Assembly (NCBI GenBank): GCA_964016885.1
Contig: OZ024749.1
Coordinates: 16,864,001-16,928,000 of the forward strand
Length of the DNA stretch: 64,000 bases
Direction of reading: 5' to 3'
Source: Eledone cirrhosa
Lineage: Eukaryota
A program made the translations under genes and the position numbers. Below are positions 1 through 14,716 of this stretch, piece by piece. Under the pieces are notes generated by a model. The model had not been told where the DNA came from. It made no database searches and worked only from the letters and a program-made list of their open reading frames with translations. Every line of letters begins with the position of its first letter. The first letter of the stretch is position 1.

Positions 1-64
1 TATTTCTAGCACCGGGAATGCGGGACGGCTAATTTGGCCTGGCTACACACGTGTAGTCAGACCT

Positions 65-495
65 GCTAAATTTTTGAGGTGAAATATACTAATTTTACTG
101 GGTTCCTGTTGATAAGCACAGAAGATTTGGATATTTCACTTTTTATTTCTATTCCATTTCGATTCTCTTTATTTTTCAATTCACGTACCACCGTTGCGAA
201 ACGGATTTAGGTTTCGAGGTTCAAATTCATCTACGGAGCAGGTTTGGATTTTGAAATTTAAATTTGTCCAGGAACCATGGCCTTTGCCAATATAAGCTTG
301 TCTTTATTGACTTATATCGAGACAGACAAATTGTATTCACTTTAATTAGTTTATTTCATTAATAGCTAACTTTGTCTGTTACAATGCAAACACGTTTTGT
401 GTTTATCATATATTTTAATGTATTTAACTGCTCGGAAATGCCCCTTTTCTTGGAGCTGGATTATTGTAAACGACTGAGAGTTTATTCTCAAAATA
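65..495 (+). mobile_element. Non-coding PLE-like 3' tail (family A), ending in (TA)n; inverted copy at ~25085-25520
   Basis: The reverse complement of 25085-25520 matches closely. Carries an HHR-like motif and runs into TA repeats. Confidence 0.6.
101..276 (+). ncRNA. Candidate type I hammerhead ribozyme, U3/A8 core variant with ~135-nt stem II insert (family A)
   Basis: GGTTCCTG-TTGATAA-[insert]-GAAA-TTTAAATTT-GTC-CAGGAACC. 8-bp stem I; the second copy has a compensatory pair (GATTCCTG/CAGGAATC). The base of stem II is imperfect. Confidence 0.55.
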
Positions 496-641
496 TAATA
501 TAGTATATATATATATATATACATCATCTATATATATATAAAGAATTAATATATCTACTAACATATATATATACAGATGCATACCTATGCTAGCAAATAT
601 ATAGGTTTTGTCTTAGTAACTTTGTGGTTCAATGCATTACG

Positions 642-647
<6 letters not shown>

Positions 648-731
<84 letters not shown>

Positions 732-757
732 CATCATCATCATCATCATCATCATCA
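648..757. repeat. (TA)n followed by (CAT)n microsatellite
   Basis: Direct reading of the sequence. Confidence 0.95.
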
Positions 758-868
758 TTTTACGTCCGCTTTTCCCTGCTTGCAAGGGTGGGACGTATAT
801 GTATGCGTTGGGCACGAAGCGAAATATTTACTTACTGTAGGGCTGGCAACCTTATGGTGTGGAAATAA

Positions 869-949
869 GCTGTCTGAATATTCATTTCTTTCCATTGGAG
901 ATTCTCTGGATTTCCAATCTTTTGGAATGATGAAACCGTCGGTAACAGC
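869..949 (+). ncRNA. Hammerhead motif (family B), G8 mutated
   Basis: GCTGT-CTGAATA-[hairpin ATTGGAGATTC/GGATTTCCAAT]-GAAA-CCGTCG-GTA-ACAGC. Confidence 0.6.
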
Positions 950-1108
950 AATAGAACAGGTGATTATTTAAATCATTTTTTAATTTATTTAGAGAACTGT
1001 TTGATAACCGCTTGTTCCGCTATTTTTATATTGTTCTGGTATCTCAAATTAGTACCATTGAACCACAAATATTATAAACACCTTGCATATTTCTACAAGT
1101 ACATAATG

Positions 1109-1109
<1 letters not shown>

Positions 1110-1172
<63 letters not shown>

Positions 1173-1209
1173 TATATACATATACATATATATATACATA
1201 TATATATAC

Positions 1210-1240
<31 letters not shown>

Positions 1241-1341
1241 CATATATATATACATATATATATACATATATATATACATATATATACATATATATATATA
1301 CATATATATATATATACATATATACATATATACATATATAC

Positions 1342-1372
<31 letters not shown>

Positions 1373-1402
1373 CCAATATATATATATAGACATATATATA
1401 TG

Positions 1403-1456
<54 letters not shown>

Positions 1457-1718
1457 CATATATATATGTATATATATACATATATATATATATACATATA
1501 TACATATATATATATATACATATATAAATATACATATATATATATATATATATACATATATATATGTATATATATACATATATATATATACATATATATA
1601 TATATATTATATATATACATATATATATATATACATATATATATATGTATATATATATACATATATATATATATATACATATATATATGTATATATATAC
1701 ATATATATATATATATAC

Positions 1719-1763
<45 letters not shown>

Positions 1764-1764
1764 C

Positions 1765-1810
<46 letters not shown>

Positions 1811-1973
1811 GCATATATATATGTATATATATATATACATATATATATGCATATATATGTATATATATACATATATATATATACATATATATATATATAT
1901 TATATATATACATATATATATATATACATATATATATGTATATATATATATACATATATATATGTATATATAC

Positions 1974-2005
<32 letters not shown>

Positions 2006-2016
2006 TATATATATAC

Positions 2017-2049
<33 letters not shown>

Positions 2050-2066
2050 CATATATATATAAATAC

Positions 2067-2101
<35 letters not shown>

Positions 2102-2112
2102 CATATATATAC
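1110..2112. repeat. (TA)n/(TACA)n microsatellite tract
   Basis: Direct reading of the sequence. Confidence 0.97.
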
Positions 2113-2119
2113 ATATTCC

Positions 2120-2336
2120 TAACGATCGACTTTCGTCAAATCGGACAGAGGAAACAGTGTTTCCATTGGTCTTTCCAATTGCTAATACTATCTATCGGTC
2201 GCAACACCAGGTAGAAGGAGCAACGTGAAATAAAGTGTCTTGCTAAAGGACATAACGCATCGCCCGGTCCAGGAATCGAACTCACAACCTCACGATTGCG
2301 AATCCAGTTCTCTAACCACTCAGCCACACGCCTTCA
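2120..2336 (-). mobile_element. tRNA-derived SINE
   Basis: Minus strand has A box TGGCTGAGTGG, B box GTTCGATTCC and core TGTCCTTTAGCAAGACACTTTA. A close copy lies at 42245-42463. Confidence 0.85.
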
Positions 2337-2354
2337 CTATATATACATATATAC

Positions 2355-2407
<53 letters not shown>

Positions 2408-2575
2408 TATAGATAGGTAAATATACACGAGTGTGTATGATTGTGTATAGAAGATTATATTAATAAGAGGAATTCCAACTTTGTCTGATTTACTCGTTTT
2501 ATTTACAATCCTTTAAAATATATAATGGTATTATAATGAAATAGTATGATAGAATATTATATTCTAAGTGTTAAT

Positions 2576-2614
2576 TGAACAAATACTTTCATGCTTTCGC
2601 AATCTTCAGGTTCA
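2576..2614 (-). ncRNA. Minimal hammerhead motif (family C)
   Basis: TGAAC-CTGAAGA-TTGC-GAAA-GCATGAAAGTATTT-GTTCA. Copies at 24726-24764 (-) and 24838-24876 (+). Confidence 0.6.
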
Positions 2615-2994
2615 TAATATGTGGTGACAGTCAAGTTTGCAATTTTCAACTGTAATAAGATGGGTAAACTTCCTACCTTTTATACATTTTATACAGAGAA
2701 AAGTGGCCCCAGAATGCTAAGCCCTGTAAACTGTATTTCGACCAATCAGTGTGTAGTTTCACTGAATTACTAAAGCTGATTGGTTTAAGCGTCACGGCTG
2801 GTTGAGCATGTTAACGACCAATAATTATATCCAAAGCATCAATTGTTTTGCTATTTTTAGAAATGATGAAAATAGCATTTTCTATTAATCATCACCATCA
2901 ACATCACTTTTATTATTATTATTATTGTTGTTTTTGTTGTTGTTGTTAGTGGTCGTAGTCATAGTGGTAGTAGAAGTAATACCCCTAAGCGTTA

Positions 2995-4803
2995 TTATTG
3001 TTCATTTAGCTTGGGTTTGAATTTATCAATAAAATTCTTTTCTTTGATTTTTCTCTTGATTTCACTTGGGCTGTGTAATTTGTAGAATGGGAATATTATA
3101 AATATTCCCTGACCACATGTTGCTAGATGGTTGCTTAGGGGTATCTGACGGACATTTGGGTCTCTGATTTGTTGACGGTGTACCCGTGCACGTTCCGATA
3201 GTGCATTTCCAGTTTGACCGACATATAGTTCTTCACAATTCGGGCATTTAATGCAGTAAATTAGATTTCTGCTTTTGCAGTTCATATTTGCATTTGGGAA
3301 TATTTTTCCAGTTTTTGTTTTCATATATTGACCGGCGTGTATGGATTGACATGTGCCGCATCGACTATCATTGCATTTAGATACAGTGAATGATTGGTCT
3401 TTGTTGTTAAGGTCAAACTTTGCTTTTGTTAGTAATTGCTTCAAATTTTTTGGCTGACTTTTACTAAGAGTCAAAGATCGATCTGTGATTAAGCCTTTTA
3501 ATTCATTACTTTGAGCAATGATCGGTAGGTTTGCTTTGGCAGTGTTGAAGATATTCTGGTGACATGGGTTGTGTGTCATTATAAATGGTATGACCAGTTC
3601 TTGGTTTCTTCTTCCTTGGGTTGTCCTAAGTTGTTGTATAGGTATTTTTATAGCCCGCTGTATGCCATTTTCTATAAGTAGAGACGGGTATTTTTGTTTG
3701 AGCAAAAATTCTCTTAGTTCTGTTAGGCGTTTGTACCTGGTATTCGTATCTTCTACAATGGTACAAATTCTTCTGGCTAGGCAGTATGGGATGTTGCGTT
3801 TTATATGAGGTGGATGGCACGACTTAAAATTCAGATATTGATGGGTGTCTGTGTGTTTATAATATATATCCGTGGTAATGGTGGTGTCGTTTTTGATTAT
3901 CATTATATCTAGGAATGGTAATTTGGTCCTACTCATCTCTTTTGTGAATTGGAGAGATGGGTGTAGGTTATTCAGGAGGATATTGAACTCATCCAGTGTA
4001 TCTAGAGATTCTGTCCAGATGATGAAACAGTCGTCAAGGTATCTCTTCCAAGATTTTTCAATGTACTTTCTAAAGTTAGTACTATATTTTTCCTCTATTT
4101 CTTGGTAGAGTTGTTGTTCTAAGTATCCCATTACAGAGTTAGCGTAAACGGGAGCAAACTTCGTTCCCATCGCTGTGCCTCTAATTTGGATGTAATTCTT
4201 TCCATTGAAGAAGAAAGTGTTGTTTTCCAGAATAAGTTTAACTGCGTCTAATATAAATGGCGCTGTGAATATAATGGGAATCACTTCTCTATGTTTTTCC
4301 ACCCAGTATTTAACCGCCTTTATTCCTAAATCATGTGTAATGTTGGTGTAAAGGCTTACCACATCAAAACTGAGTAGAAGTGAATTCGTTTCCGTGGTTT
4401 TGGGAAGATGGGACAGGAAGTCGATATCATCCCGGATGAAACTGGGTATGTGAATACATAGTGGTTTCAAAATAATGTCAACAAAATTGCTTAGACGGTG
4501 GGTGGGGCATGTTGGACCAGCTATAATAGGTCTAAGTTTTAAGTCTTTTGGGTGTAATAATTCAATGTACTCACTGTTTTGTTCTCTTACTGCCAGTTGT
4601 ATTTCTTTTGACTTATGAACTTTCGGTAGGCCATACAGGTTGCTGGGTTTCGGCTCAAAATTGGTGATGTAGTCTCTTTCCTTATCAGTAAATGAGTTGT
4701 GGTATTTTGAAGCCAGGTTGTTGATCTTCTTCATGATGTTGTGGTCTATATTTGACGGTATTTCATGATAGAATGTTGTGTCTTTCAGTTGTTCCTCAAC
4801 CAA
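2995..4803 (-). CDS. PLE reverse transcriptase plus GIY-YIG endonuclease (uninterrupted, N-terminally truncated)
   Basis: YGLPKVHK, RPII, SFDVVSLYTNI, GTAMG, RYLDD, LPFLD, SCHP, zinc knuckle CNDSRCGTC, LIYCIKC...YVGQT. Confidence 0.93.
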   Translation of the reverse strand: MVEEQLKDTTFYHEIPSNIDHNIMKKINNLASKYHNSFTDKERDYITNFEPKPSNLYGLPKVHKSKEIQLAVREQNSEYIELLHPKDLKLRPIIAGPTCPTHRLSNFVDIILKPLCIHIPSFIRDDIDFLSHLPKTTETNSLLLSFDVVSLYTNITHDLGIKAVKYWVEKHREVIPIIFTAPFILDAVKLILENNTFFFNGKNYIQIRGTAMGTKFAPVYANSVMGYLEQQLYQEIEEKYSTNFRKYIEKSWKRYLDDCFIIWTESLDTLDEFNILLNNLHPSLQFTKEMSRTKLPFLDIMIIKNDTTITTDIYYKHTDTHQYLNFKSCHPPHIKRNIPYCLARRICTIVEDTNTRYKRLTELREFLLKQKYPSLLIENGIQRAIKIPIQQLRTTQGRRNQELVIPFIMTHNPCHQNIFNTAKANLPIIAQSNELKGLITDRSLTLSKSQPKNLKQLLTKAKFDLNNKDQSFTVSKCNDSRCGTCQSIHAGQYMKTKTGKIFPNANMNCKSRNLIYCIKCPNCEELYVGQTGNALSERARVHRQQIRDPNVRQIPLSNHLATCGQGIFIIFPFYKLHSPSEIKRKIKEKNFIDKFKPKLNEQ

Positions 4804-4807
4804 ATCC

Positions 4808-5963
4808 TTGAATCAATATATGAAAAGTAGTTTTAGACTGATGTGTGATATTAGAAAAAAAATTGTTGAGGGGGGGGGGGGGGGTGTTGGAAAGGATGAA
4901 ATAGAGGAGGAGATAAGAGTAAAAAGTGGAGGGGGAGGAGTATAATGAGGAAGGATGAGATAGGAGGAGAGATGGGTGATAGAGAGAGATAGCTTTTATA
5001 ACTGAGAAAAATATATTGTTTTACATAGAGAGGTTGAAAAACCGTTGGAAGATAATGTATAAATTAAAATAATTTGAAAATTAACGTAGAGAAAAATAAT
5101 GTAAAGTTAAGGTTTGTATATTGAAGGGTTTAATAATATGTGCGATGAAAAGAAAATGTTAATATGTATTAAGAATAATATTTAAGGGTTTAATAATATG
5201 TGCGATGGAAAGAAAATGTTAATATGTATTAAGAATAATATTTAAGGGTTTAATAATATGTGCGATGGAAAGAATTGTTGATAAGTATTATTAAAAAAAC
5301 AAAAGTAATGTAAGTAAGGATATATTGTGAGATGAGCATGAATAAGATAGCTGAAAGGGAGAAAAAAATAATGAGTTGAGGATGAATAATCTAACGTCAA
5401 AAAAATGTGTTTATGTTTACGAAGGATTTTTTCAAGGTGATATATTGCGTTGTGTAATAATTGTTTCTATGTTAGGCACAGTGAGAAAAGGTGCAGATTA
5501 GGAGTTAGAAATTAAAAGAAAAAGAAAAGAAATGGAAAAGGAAGAAAGGGAAGTGATAAATAGGAGTGATATAGAATGAGTAACAAGTATTATATAATGT
5601 ATAATAAATAACTTTGAAATAAGGTAGAAAGATGGGTATATTTTTAAAGAAGTATATATATATATATATATATGTGTGCCTTTGAGAAAAGGATTCTAAA
5701 TTGATAAAGTATTGGATATTAGCTGTATACTTTGTGGAATGTTCTGTGGAATTTATGCAAGCAGAGAGAAAACAAGTCAGTGCGTCTATTTATTATAGAA
5801 TCTAAATTAGATATAATGGTAAATTTTTCATTTAGACAGAGATTGCAAGTCTTGGATAGAGAACTGTTCAATTTTGAAGAAGCAGAAGAAACCTTTTTCC
5901 AAGAGATGTTATATTAAATATTTTGTCTTTCAAGGACCATATGAATTCTGAGAGAGCTGTGTT
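4808..5963 (-). mobile_element. Naiad-like PLE fragment (family M): GIY-YIG C-terminus plus ~900-bp 3' UTR
   Basis: Minus strand ~5720-5963 reads NTALSEFIWSLKDK...CNLCLNEKFTII...INRRTDLFSLCLHK. The UTR is homologous to 47280-47690 and 59490-60240. Confidence 0.8.
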
Positions 5964-6170
5964 AAATTGCCCTGTTAAAAATAAATGTCCTCTCAACAAC
6001 CATTGTCTTGATAAAAACTTAATCTACGAATGTAAAGTTATAACTGACACCAATTCCTTCACCTATTTTGGCTCCACTTCCACCTCCTTTAAAGCTCGTC
6101 TTTATAATCATCATTCGTCTATTAAATACCAACTTAAAAGAACCAACACGGCTCTCTCAGAACTCATATG
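5964..6170 (+). pseudogene. Inverted upstream piece of the same GIY-YIG endonuclease
   Basis: NCPVKNKCPLNNHCLDKNLIYECKV...YFGSTSTSFKARLYNH...NTALSELI. Confidence 0.85.
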
Positions 6171-6577
6171 CCTCCCTTGCTGAACTCCACGTGGTGTCAG
6201 TATTAGACACTCTTATCTATAGCATCCTAGAACAAAACCCATTGATAACACGACTTCCTTGTTCATCATCTTACCTGAAGCCAGACATTCTTTATGGAGG
6301 CGGACAGTACCTGATTTTGGAGTCGCAGAAACCAATACTGGATTTTACCATCAGTCCAGGGTCCGGGAAAGTATCAACACATGTATTTTTATTGTTTGAC
6401 CCGAATTACTTGGTCGTTTGTTTTGGCTGTGCGGATGATATGCTTAACCATCATCTCAGTGTGTTTGGCCCTTAACGTATGTTGTAGCTCTGATTCACAT
6501 GAATCATCGAACGCTTGCCACACATATCGGATGTTGATTTTCGTTAATTCCTGTGCTGAAATACGCTTCTCGCTAAT

Positions 6578-7400
<823 letters not shown>

Positions 7401-7585
7401 TATCTCTGGATTTGTACGTGTGTTATATAGTTATAGAGGTATTTATTTACGCTTTAATTTATATTTTTAATTATCGTGTCTATAGTCTGCCTTTCATAGG
7501 TTATAGATTCCATACACTGGTGGTTTTTTCCCTGTATTATTGATAACGCACTATATATCTCTCTCTGGTGTGTTACCTTCTCAAC

Positions 7586-7660
<75 letters not shown>

Positions 7661-7709
7661 GTATATATATATACATATATATACACATATATATATATAT
7701 ATACATATA

Positions 7710-7771
<62 letters not shown>

Positions 7772-7830
7772 TATATGTGGGAAAGTAAAAAATCGGAGAA
7801 TAGACCGTTAAAACATGTTTATTTAAAACA

Positions 7831-7870
7831 GCACCTACGTACGTCTCGCCCAGTTGGGCTTCTCAAGGGC
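7831..7870 (-). ncRNA. Hammerhead variant (family D; U3/A8 core, GAGA in place of GAAA)
   Basis: GCCC-TTGAGAA-GCCCAACTGGGC-GAGA-CGTAC-GTA-GGTGC, followed by AATAAA. Confidence 0.55.
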
Positions 7871-8158
7871 ATAAATAATCACAAGTGTTCCTTATATAGC
7901 TCGGAAAGAGTTTTGGGGGTTAAATCCACATCAAGGTTCATTGCTCGCAAAAATATCTTGTTTTGATTTTGCAGCAGGTCAAGGGAGGTAACTCTGGCCG
8001 GTGTTAGGGCAGTCTTTCCCGGACAAATTTTTTTTTTTTGCCGCATCTGTTTGTCTGAGGCTGGGTCTGGTACGCAAGGATTGTTTCCTGGGTGTTATTT
8101 TGCAGCGCCTGCCCGCCGGGGTGTTAAGATTTATTGCAGGGTGATCCGGTGTACGGTT

Positions 8159-9073
8159 TCACTCCTCATCCTTAACCCATCTGAAGAAGGATATTTTTAA
8201 GCGATGTGTACAACTTATCGCTGTTTCAGCTCTGCTGTTGATGAGCTCGTGGGGTGCAGTTATGATGTGGTAGAGCTCCATAAGGCAAAGATCGCATTTC
8301 CTCTTGAAGTTGTACGGTGCATCCCTGTCGACAATCTCCCAGTGCGTGGAGAAGCTGATGTTTAAGTCCTTTAGTGATGTGATGTAGTCCGCGAGCGAAG
8401 TGGAGTGCCTTAGTTTTCTATTTGTGAAAGAGTGGAGATGTGTTCGAAACCTAATTTTGAACGGGCCGGAAGTAGCCCCCATATAATGTTTAACGCTATT
8501 GTGGCTTGTAATAATGCATCTATATATAACCCTATCAGTCAAGCAATATCCTCTAAGGGGGCAGCGTCCTCTGTCGCGGCAGTTGCAATTTTTGTCGCGG
8601 TTCCGTCTATTTCCCACGGTAAGGCTATCATTGTTGCTGCCTACGTTGTTAACTACGCTACCGCAGCTATCGTTAGCACCATTACAACCAACAGCACGCG
8701 GGGTGGTGCGATTGTTATTCCGCACGTCATGTCCTGCATGTTCCCCAGTCATTTCGCGGTTATGCTGGTTGCGTCTGAGGATGCCGTTGCCAATACTATT
8801 GGATGCTGCCAGGGAGTTGTTAAGGCCGATATAGTTATTGTCAGGTGTAGGTGCGTCTGTGTCGAGGTGCTGTGTCTTGGTGATCTTACTGTGGTTCGTT
8901 GTTCCTATGATGCCTGCTAGGTTAGGAGTAGTAGAGAAGGATATTTTTATATTGTTCCTATTAAGAATTTTTCTATACCTATGGTTGGGCGGGAAGTTCT
9001 CCTCTAAGGCTTCGAAGAACATCCGGGGTATGTTGGAGGCCACACTCCGAGAGTAGGGGGGGGGTGGAACCAT
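8159..9073 (-). pseudogene. PLE linker, CxCx5Cx5C zinc finger and GIY-YIG endonuclease
   Basis: Motifs in the provided 304-aa ORF. Confidence 0.88.
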
Positions 9074-10317
9074 AGGACGTTACGGTGCGATTACGTGTCC
9101 TTGTACTTTTGCTACGGGTGGTTCGTTCTAGGTGACCGCTCTTATGTGTGTTAATGCGCAGTCGTCCGTTCGGTGCCCCTTTCACTTTATGCTCGGGTGC
9201 ACTCTTCCTACCTCTTCCATGTTTATGTACACGAAGATGTTGGTTGGAAGGCGTTGGTAGTAGGCCGTCGCCTTTGTTGGTTTTGTAATAGGGGAATAGT
9301 TCGAGTAATCTACAGTGTTCACCGACGCCGGGGTGGTGATCTTTGGTGCGGTTATCTATTCTATTATATCCGACTTCAACGAGGTCGCCGCGTGATCGGT
9401 TATAGGTATGGCTTACTATAACGTTTGTTTTACGAGGGTGGTGGTTTCTAGAGCTAGCGTTAGGGATGTAGGAAATTCCTCGGTTAAAGCCGGCGCTTAT
9501 CAGGGCCCTATTGTAGTAATCTGCCGCTTGGTTGAAGATATCCTCATTGGCGGATAGCCTCGAGATTCTATGTGAGATACTATAGACTGTGGAGTTGAGA
9601 GTATGCTTAGGGTGGTTGGAGGCATAATTAATATAAGAGAGGCACTCTCCAGGCTTATGGTATGGCTTGTATAAGCCCGTACTCCAGGGTCACGTCCAGG
9701 AAGTTGACAACCCTGTGGTTGAGGTCCATAGTTACGGATAGGCCGTATGACTTGAAGAACCTGTGTATATGCTTGTTAAGGTTCTCTATCCTACGGGGCT
9801 ATGGTTCCTAACGGTAAACAGGGCGTCGTCCCTATATACACCTCCTTGTAGGGCCGGTATCTCTTCCCTAAGCTTATGTAGGAGGTATATCCCAACCAAG
9901 TCAGTGTGCTTGCGCTGAGTCACTGGACCCCATCGTGACATCGAAGTTATCAGGACGGTTGGTTCTGGTCCAGTGGGAGCCTTCGAACTGGATAATGGTT
10001 CTACGCGCCGCTAGAATTATGTCTATTTCTTTTTTAGTGAGACTAGTGTTAGATTTAGCTAAGATAAGTGCCTTATTTAAGAGTATGGGGGAGATAGAGG
10101 CGTAGTAACTATCTATATCAAACTGGATGAATTTCAGGGTGGCTTTATCCGGCAACTCGGTGAACCAATTTATGACCTGGTCGGTGTTGCCCCAGAGGCA
10201 GACCTTAGCCTTTCTATTAAGCTCCAGTAGTACTCTGTCGAGGATTACTTTACTAATCTTACCTATATCTGATGTAGAGGGGCATATTAGTCTAATAGAG
10301 GGGCTTTCATTAAAGTC

Positions 10318-10348
10318 ATATATATATATATGTGTATATATATATGTG

Positions 10349-10379
<31 letters not shown>

Positions 10380-10534
10380 GTGTATATATATATATATGTG
10401 TATAAATATATATATATGTATATATATATGTATATATATATATATATATGTATATATATGTATATATATATATATATATGTATATATATGTATATATATA
10501 TGTATATGTATATATATATATGTATATATATATG

Positions 10535-10573
<39 letters not shown>

Positions 10574-10624
10574 GTATATATATATGTATATATATATGTA
10601 TATATATATATGTATATATATATG

Positions 10625-10717
<93 letters not shown>

Positions 10718-10763
10718 TATATATATGTATATATATATGTATATATATATATATATGTATATA

Positions 10764-10808
<45 letters not shown>

Positions 10809-10967
10809 GTATATATATATATATATGTATATATATGTATATATATATGTATATGTATATATATATATGTATATATATATGTATATATATATATATATGT
10901 ATATATATGTATATGTATATGTATATATATATGTATATATATATGTATATATATATATATGTATATA

Positions 10968-11007
<40 letters not shown>

Positions 11008-11050
11008 TATATACATATATATATACATATATATATACATATATATATAC

Positions 11051-11138
<88 letters not shown>
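10318..11138. repeat. (TA)n/(TATG)n tract
   Basis: Direct reading of the sequence. Confidence 0.97.
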
Positions 11139-11141
<3 letters not shown>

Positions 11142-11263
11142 GATAAATCTACCAAAAGTGTCCAATCCGTATGAAGAACTCAATGTAATCCGGATATCAT
11201 GGAAAGAAGAGATGCATTCAAAAATCACTTTCGGTGAAAGATAAACGGAATACAGAGTCAAGA

Positions 11264-11652
11264 TAAAATATTTAAAAAATAATGAATAAAACAATGAAAC
11301 AGTTCCTTATATTAAACAAAAAAAGTTCATTATTTAACGATCGTTTCTAGGACATATATGTGTTAGAATTGGCATGCATATTCAACAGATCTATGTACAA
11401 AATTATACAAACTATCAAATAGAATATACATACCAACACATACATATGCCGTCTTCTGAAGACGGCATATGCATGTGTTGGTATGTATATTCTATTTGAT
11501 AGTTTGTATAAATTTGTATAATTTTGTACATAGATCTGTTGAATATGCATGCCAATTCTAACACATATATGTCCTAGAAACGATCGTTAAATAATGAACT
11601 TTTTTTGTTTAATATAAGGAACTGTTTCATTGTTTTATTCATTATTTTTTTA

Positions 11653-11660
<8 letters not shown>
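11264..11660. repeat. Fold-back palindrome of a PLE-like tail (family E), centre 11457
   Basis: The arms are near-perfect reverse complements around GTCTTC-T-GAAGAC. Confidence 0.92.
11456..11590 (+). ncRNA. Hammerhead motif with long stem II (family E); 5' strand of stem I lost
   Basis: CTGAAGA-[~115-nt hairpin GGCATAT...ATATGTCC]-GAAA-CGATC-GTT. Confidence 0.6.
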
Positions 11661-13760
<2,100 letters not shown>

Positions 13761-14716
13761 AATACAATATTGGAGAAAGCTCTTTAGCTATACCCCGGCC
13801 AAATTCCAACTCACTCAATAAACATTAGGAAATAAGTGATTATATTCCCAATTATGTGTTCGGGGTGCTAACTAAAAGTTTTGCGTGGAAAATTGACTGT
13901 ATTATTTCAAATGAGACATATCTAATATATCTCTTCCCAGACGGACGTCTCGTTTGATTATAAGACTCTTACAATTTGGATGAAATTATACCAATTTATG
14001 TAGGAGCTTGTATACCATCAATAGATATATATTCAAGTGGGCTCCTATAATTCATCAGTGGGTGCCCCAATAATCCTAATATTGATAATCTAACCAACAT
14101 CAGCATTTAGCGATAATCACTATCTGTGCCTGAGGTCTCTGTCAGGTAGCCAGTCCAGCAGTTCTGAAAGAAGTGCTCGAACTGATTCAAAAAATGAGGA
14201 AGTGAATTACCGCCAAAAAAACAATACATGCGCGTGACAATGAACTCTGAAAGGAATTCAGGCCACGTGCTAAGAACTCAATTGGAAATTGAAAAAATAT
14301 CTATGTGTGTACAACATTTGATGACACACACAGATATTTTCTCGGGCAAAATAACAGAATGAGATATAAGGAACAATCAATATTCATATATAAAAAATAA
14401 ACAAAGAAATGCTAACCTTATACCGGGAATTTTTTTTCAAATCTGCTGCGCCAAGAGTAAGTAAATAAATACAATATCGGAGAAAGCTTTTTAGCGATAC
14501 TCCGGCCAAATTCAAACTCACTGAACAAACATTAGGAAATAAGTGATTATATTCCCAATTATGTGTTCGGGGTGCTAACTAAAAGTATTGCGTGGAAAAT
14601 TGGCTGTATTATTTCATTTGAGACATATCTAATATATCTCTTCCCAGACGGACGTCTCGTTTCATTATAGGACTCCTACAATTTGGGTGAAATAATACCA
14701 ATTTATGTAGGAGCTT
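13761..14716 (-). mobile_element. Non-autonomous element with ~250-bp direct terminal repeats (pseudo-LTR-like; family F)
   Basis: 13761-14009 is repeated at 14468-14716. Carries an HHR motif, is flanked by (TA)n and has no ORF. Confidence 0.75.
13936..14062 (-). ncRNA. Hammerhead motif with long stem II (family F)
   Basis: CCCA-CTGATGA-ATTATAGGA...TCTTATAAT-CAAA-CGAGACGTCC-GTC-TGGG. The second repeat keeps GAAA and a perfect TCCTATAAT strand. Confidence 0.6.

Larger units (their letters stand above)
2455..4807 (-). mobile_element. 5'-truncated Penelope-like element, Neptune-type, with HHR-bearing 3' tail (family C)
   Basis: 602-aa RT plus GIY-YIG ORF; the tail 2455-2650 is shared with the palindrome at 24608-24995. 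Confidence 0.9.
7775..10318 (-). mobile_element. 5'-truncated, frameshifted Naiad-like PLE
   Basis: RT fragments [29 protein letters not shown] and SNHP. The 8159-9073 ORF has CNCRDRGRCPLRGYC, VIYRC...YMGAT and CDLC. Flanked by (TA)n. Confidence 0.9.

Noticed and set aside
2240-2336. tRNA-like sequence (also 42370-42463 and 26174-26265)
   Set aside because: These are Pol III heads continuous with SINE bodies, with no complete cloverleaf.
7480-7590. Minus-strand TTGAGAA...GAAA motif
   Set aside because: Stem I is missing and stem II is weak.
11165-11250. HHR-like ATGAAGA...GAAAGATA with TCCGT/ACGGA flanks
   Set aside because: C3 is absent and there is no stem III; too degenerate to call.
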